From positions 115,254 to 176,017 of the forward strand of contig NW_005201231.1 of assembly GCF_000372725.1 (NCBI RefSeq): 60,764 bases of DNA, written 5' to 3'. Both the position numbers and the translations under genes were made by a program. This document shows, in pieces, positions 55,080 to 60,764 of the stretch. Below the pieces are notes generated by a model. That model was not told the origin of the DNA. It did no database searches and saw only the letters and a program-made list of their open reading frames with translations. Source of the DNA: Emiliania huxleyi CCMP1516. Lineage: Eukaryota. How positions within the stretch are numbered: the first letter of the stretch is position 1; every line of letters begins with the position of its first letter.

Positions 55080-55995
55080 CCGAGCCTCGCCCGGCGAGTC
55101 GCCGCGCCGTGGCCACGTGGCGGCTAGTAGCAGTAGCACAATGTTCTGAGACTGGGGGGGGGGGGGGGGGGCCCCGGCCCCTAATAACCAAAAGAGGAAT
55201 TTTTTCCCCCCCCCCCGCCCAAAAAGGGGGGGGGGGGGGGGGGGGGGCCNNNNNNNNNNNNNNNNNNNNNNNNNNNNNNNNNNNNNNNNNNNNNNNNNNN
55301 NNNNNNNNNNNNNNNNNNNNNNNNNNNNNNNNNNNNNNNNNNNNNNNNNNNNNNNNNNNNNNNNNNNNNNNNNNNNNNNNNNNNNNNNNNNNNNNNNNNN
55401 NNNNNNNNNNNNNNNNNNNNNNNNNNNNNNNNNNNNNNNNNNNNNNNNNNNNNNNNNNNNNNNNNNNNNNNNNNNNNNNNNNNNNNNNNNNNNNNNNNNN
55501 NNNNNNNNNNNNNNNNNNNNNNNNNNNNNNNNNNNNNNNNNNNNNNNNNNNNNNNNNNNNNNNNNNNNNNNNNNNNNNNNNNNNNNNNNNNNNNNNNNNN
55601 NNNNNNNNNNNNNNNNNNNNNNNNNNNNNNNNNNNNNNNNNNNNNNNNNNNNNNNNNNNNNNNNNNNNNNNNNNNNNNNNNNNNNNNNNNNNNNNNNNNN
55701 NNNNNNNTCCCGAGCCTCCCCCGGGCGAGCGGGGGTGGCCACGTGGCAGCTAGTAGTAGTAGGAGCATCCTTCCGAGCTTCCCCCGGGCGAGCGGGGGGT
55801 GGCCACGTGGCAGCTAGTAGCAGTAGGAGTAACTTTCCGAGCCTCCCCCGGGCGCGAGCGGGGGTGGCCACGTGGTCAGCTAGTAGTAGTAGGAGTAACT
55901 TTCCGAGCCTCGCCCGGGCGAGCGGGGGTGGCCACGTGGCGGCTAGTAGCAGTAGCAGCAATTTTCCGACCCTCCCCCGGGCGAGCGGGGGTGGC
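55080..55995. repeat. ~62-bp tandem repeat containing palindrome GCCACGTGGC and (TAG)n, interrupted by N-gap 55250-55707
   Basis: One unit before and ~4-5 after the gap. Confidence 0.85.
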
Positions 55996-56084
55996 CTCGC
56001 TCTCCCCTCTACGTAATTCTCGACGTAATTCATTGTTTGTTTCGTAAAACTATTTGCTGAACGTAAAAAGATCTTATCTACCTC

Positions 56085-56241
56085 TTATTACGCTTATTAC
56101 GCTTATTACTCTTATTACTCTTATTACTCTTATTACTCTTATTATTATTATTATTATTATTATTGTTACTATATTATATTGTTACTATATTATTATTATT
56201 ATTATTATTACTATATTATTATTATTATTATTATTATTATT

Positions 56242-56314
<73 letters not shown>
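56085..56314. repeat. Composite microsatellite (CTCTTATTA)n-(TAT)n-(AG)n
   Basis: Directly visible. Confidence 0.9.
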
Positions 56315-56318
<4 letters not shown>

Positions 56319-57433
56319 GGAGGGGGGAGAAGACAAGGAGAGGGAGGAAGAAGGAGGATGAACAGCAGAAGGTCAAAGGTCTGAATGAGAAGGGAATAAG
56401 GGGAAGAGAAACACACGGTGAAAAAGTAATCGAAGAACCCTAGGAAAAAAGGAATACAGGTCCTAATAGAAGATGGCAAGAGTAGATAGATAAACCTGAG
56501 AGAACGCGGATACAATGAAACCCTCCCCCCCTCTCGACATCACTCCTGCTGCTACTTTACTAGGAGCAACTGGCGCTGTCTGGCGAACGCCTGTATGCCA
56601 TGCGCGCGGACCACGCTTGCGTGGGTACGTGGCTGGCAGGCTGACCCGTGTGCGGGGTAACCCGCACACGGGGAAGCTTCACGGGTTCGAGTCGTCAAAC
56701 ACTAAGCAGCGGAGGTGTGCCGAGGGGGACCGGGAGGCGGTAAGCCGTCGTCGCCCGGCGCTGACACCGCTAATCTTGAAAACGTCTCCAACGGAGCTCC
56801 GTGTTGCTTCCAGCGCCTTCCCCCGCGCTCCCTGCGGCCATGGCCGATGCTCCTAGTATGAGAGGTCATCTGGCTACCACGAGAGCGACCCAACTCGTCG
56901 TGATCTGCACGGGTGAGTCACGTCGGCGTCAAAGGAGCGACGTGCGGCCTGTCAGAGCTTGATCTCCGATCTCAGCGGCGTCGAGTCGTCTCCGGCGCGC
57001 GACAAAGGTACATCCCCAGGACGCGCAGAGGCAGCATGCTGCGATCCAGCCGAGTGGACGGCGGCACACCGCGCCACCTGCCAACGCCCAAGCCACAACG
57101 GACTGCGCGCTCCGCTTTTCGAACCGACCAAAACTCGCCGACCCAGGTCCAGGTCCAGGTCCAGGTCCAACAAGTTTGCGCACGGCCTTCTAGCGCCGCG
57201 CGCTGGCCCCGGCTGCGTCCCCGCGCGGCCTGCCCGATGGCGTGGTGCCCGCCCTCCACCCACCTCCCCGCGCGGGGCCGCTCCGGGGCGACCCGGGCGC
57301 CCTCCGACCAAACTGCTCTATTACTATCATATAACAGTACCGGTACAAAGTAACAAAGATCGATCCGATCCCACAGTACCATGTGGGGCCCGCCAGTGTA
57401 CCTGCTGGTTCCCGACATGCAGCAGCAGCCGCG

Positions 57434-60400
57434 TCAGCGCCGCGGCGCCCGACTGGTGCTCGACTCGTCCAGCTTGACCGCCTGCTCGATGAGGCGCACC
57501 GCCTTCGCGCGCGCCGCCGCCGACGGGAAGCGCGCGCGCCGCACCTCGCCCGACCGCAAGTGCAGCGCCAGCTCATGGGACCGCTCCACGCACTCCCACA
57601 CGGCAATCTGGCTGAGCGGCTCCGACCAGACGAGCGCGGTCGCGGGGGCGCCTCCTCCTCCGCCCCCACTGCTGCTGCTGCCCGCGCCGCCCTCCCCGCT
57701 GACCGAGAGCAGGATGGCGTGCCCTGTCGTGACGACGAGCGAGATCTCCGCCTGCGGCGGGCTCGCGCAAGGCACCTACCTCACAGCCGCAGCGTGAAGA
57801 GGCGGCGGCGCCGCCGCACACCCTTGCGCGCCCGCGGCGCCTGGCTGCAGAAGCGCCCCGACGCGAGGGAGCGGACGCCGCGCCCCGTCACCGCGTCGTA
57901 CAGGGCGCGCTGGATGCGCGCGTCGGCGTTTGAGAAGAGGCGCAGCTCGCCTAGCAGGTTCCTACAGGTTCCTAGAAGGTTCCTAGGCGCCCGAGAAGAG
58001 GAGGCGCAGCTCGCCCCACAGCCCAAACGTGCGCGGCTGGCGGCGGCGGCGAGTCAGGCCGCGCAGCACCGTCGTCTGGCTCTTGAGGCCCTCGGCGGCG
58101 GCGGTGATGCCGTCCGCGACTCCGACCGCCGGCTTGACGACGAGCCCGACGGCGCCCTGCGCCACGCCCTTGAAAAAGCCCCCGAAGCCGCCTCTCTGCG
58201 CGCCTGTTCACAGCTGCAGGTGTGGAGAGACGCTGCTCACAGCTCCGGCGAGAGGCCGCCTCTCTGCGCGCCCTGCAGCGGCTTCTGGATCACGCCCGCC
58301 ACGCCCTTGAGCAGCCCGCCTGCTCACACAGCCCTCGCGATCTCTCGGCGCGCCCGCCCGTCTTCGCAGTCGCCGCGCGCTGGCGCAGCCCGCCAGAGAC
58401 AGACTCGGCCGTCTGCAGCAGCCCCTCCCCGATGTTGCGCGGTCCCTCCTGCTGCTGCACCTGCGGGCCAGGCGGACGAGGCCGCCGAGGCTCGGGTGAG
58501 CTTGGGGCGTCGCCCCGGGGCGATCCCGGGGCGATCCCGGGGCGATCCCGGGGCGATCTCGGGGCGATCTCGGGCGATCTCGGCGCCTGCGCCGACGACG
58601 CCCTCCGGTCGAGATAGTCTCGGTCCTACACGGGAAGAGCGGGAGGGCGGTGACGCGCACGCCGTGCAGAGGCCCTCCCTGTCGCGTCTCGCTCCATCGA
58701 CAGCTCTGCGAGCCCCTTGCCCAGCGTGCCGGTGAACTTCCCGACCGAGTCCGAGAGCCCGTAGGTCAGGTTGTTGGCGAGCGAGCTGCCGCCGCGCAGC
58801 ACGCCTGTTCACGGCTGCAGGTGTGAAGAGACGCCGTTCGCAGCTCCGGCGAGCTGCCGCCGCGCAGCACGCCCTGCGCGAACTCGTCGGGCCCGCGCAT
58901 GATCCCGTTGAGCGGCTCGTAAAACGCGTCCGTCACGCCGGTGGCCAGGTGCTGGAAGAGGCCGCGCGGGTTGCCGAGCAGCTCGACCGAGAGGAGGAGC
59001 TTGTACAGCTGCTGCAGCAGCTGCTCGCGGTACGAGTCGCAGATGGCCTGCGCCAGCGTGCCGACGGGCGCGAAGGTGTTGTCGAGGACGAGCGCCTTGA
59101 GCTGCAGCGGCGCCGAGTCGATGTTTGACAGCACGGCGCTCACCGAGTTGAGCACTCCCACGGCGCTGGCCGGCGCGTTCTCGAGCACCGCCTCGAAGCC
59201 GCGCCCGCCTACGCTCTCGGGTGCTTGCTCGGGGTCAGATCGGCTGCCTCGTCTCGACGCACGGCCTCGCGGCGTCGCCCGCCCGCGACGGAGCGGCAGC
59301 TGAGGTGGAGCCGGAGCGGCTGCAGGTTGAGCCAGCGCAGGTACACCTTGGGCGGCACCACCGCGTCGGCCCGGCGCGGCTGGCCGCGCGTCGTCGCCTC
59401 GACCACCGCCGTCGCCATCTTTGCAAGGTCGAGGTAGGTGGAGAGGACGAAGAGGAAGAGGGTGCGCACCAGCACCGTGTCCACCATCAGCTCGAGCGTC
59501 TGCAGCCGGAGCGAGACAGTCTCGTAGTACAGGACCTGGCGAGGGCGGCCACCAGCCGTCTCGCGCCAGCTCGCGTCGCCGTCTCGCGCCATCTCGCGCC
59601 ATCTCGCGCCATCTCGCGCCATCTCGCGCCGTCTCGCGCCATCTCAGGCGGTCTCTCGCGCCGTCTCGCGCCGTCTCGCGCCGTCTCGGGCGGTCTCTCG
59701 CCGTCTCGCGCCATCTCGGGCGGTCTCGGGCTGTCTCGGGCGGTCTCTCTGGCGGTGTCGTGGGACGGCACCTGCGCGGCGCCGATGCGGCGCTGCACGA
59801 GCAGCTCGAGCGAGTGCGGCCTCACCGCCTGCTGCGCCTCCTCGGCGGAGAAGGAGGGCTGGAGCAGCACGGGGAAGGAGGCGGCCTGCAGCTGGTTGTC
59901 CACCTGCAGGTGCCGCACCTGCGCCGACAGAAAGTCGCGGCCCGACGACGCGCGGTAGCTTACCACGGGGTCGACGAGGCTCAAGTAGAGGAGCTCCTCG
60001 CACCCGTCCGCAATCAGCGACACGCCGAGGCACGCGAGCGACACGTGCACGCTCAGCCGCAGCTTGCCGTCGTCCTCTTCCGACGCCAGGACGGGCAGGG
60101 AGGGCACCTCCCCGGAGGCGGCGGCGGACGGCGCCGGCATCACCTGCAGCACCTTCACTGGCCCGTCTGCAACCATCCGGTACCGCAGTTCGAGCGGCGG
60201 GCGCGAGCCGGGCAGGGCGTCGCGCTGCAGCGTCACGGCGAAGCGCGCGCGCAGACCCTCGTCCACCCACAGTGTCGAGTCGGACCAGCCAAACGAGCCG
60301 TCCGACGCCGACCGCTGCGACTGCACGGCGGCGTGCGCGACGGCGTGGCGGAGGTCGACCTGGGAAAGGGAGGGAGGGGAGGCGGAGATGCGCCGAGCCG

Positions 60401-60764
60401 AGCCGAGCCGAGCCGAGATGCGCCGAGATAGCGCGAGGGCGTGGCGGAGGCTCGACCTCGCTCCGCCGCATCCCCCTCGAACGCTATCTCAAGTCTGATC
60501 TCGGGGCTGATCTCGGCTGATCTCGACCTCGCTCCGCCGCATCCCCCGCGAGTCGAGGTCGACCTCCAACCCCCAGCGGACGAAGAAGACGCGAAACGTC
60601 GCGCGGAGCCCGTCCGCCGTCCAAAGCTCGTCCCCGTGCCATCCGAACCGGCCTTCTCGCTGGCTGTGCCGCGCGCGCACCTCGGCGCGCGCGATCGAGC
60701 CAGGCAGCCTCGTCGTGGCGACGCCCTCATGCAAGGACTCGAGCCGCACGTCGCGGTAGCCGTC
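57434..60764 (-). CDS. VPS13: VPS13 3' portion, second copy (continues beyond window)
   Basis: Near-identical to 40796-44240 with the same exon structure. Confidence 0.9.

Noticed and set aside
56630..56700. tRNA gene
   Set aside because: A B-box-like motif is present but I could not build an acceptor stem or cloverleaf.

Overview
GC-rich, intron-rich eukaryotic draft-assembly DNA with three N-gaps. The frequent GC-AG introns, 10-11-bp intronic minisatellites and plastid-type leader peptides suggest a haptophyte alga such as Emiliania/Gephyrocapsa huxleyi; this is an inference. Recognisable genes are a two-domain glycosyltransferase (C-terminal GT61), an ankyrin protein, a MYND-finger gene with a RING relic, a RIN13-like Cys/His-domain gene with a mosaic paralogue, a plastid PDZ protein, a patatin/cPLA2-like lipase, a GT31-like gene, an F-box/Kelch protein, TRM1 and a 5'-truncated VPS13 whose 3' 3.5 kb is present twice. 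Two signals stand out. (1) Most introns I could resolve begin with a ~20-30-nt copy of the exon that follows them and end in a short repeat or element supplying the AG. They look like introns born by long target-site duplication, which would explain GC and even GA donors and back-to-back introns. (2) An intronless 2053-aa ORF fuses ~10 near-identical ankyrin repeats, a bacterial-dynamin-like GTPase, a class-3 lipase, UIM-like motifs and a SAM domain, an architecture resembling an immune sensor-effector. The window also has a (CCTTA)n-tailed retroposon seen as both a filled and an empty site, MITE/foldback-like hairpins, and a lower-GC secreted Cys-rich orphan. All domain calls are by-eye motif recognition, not database hits.
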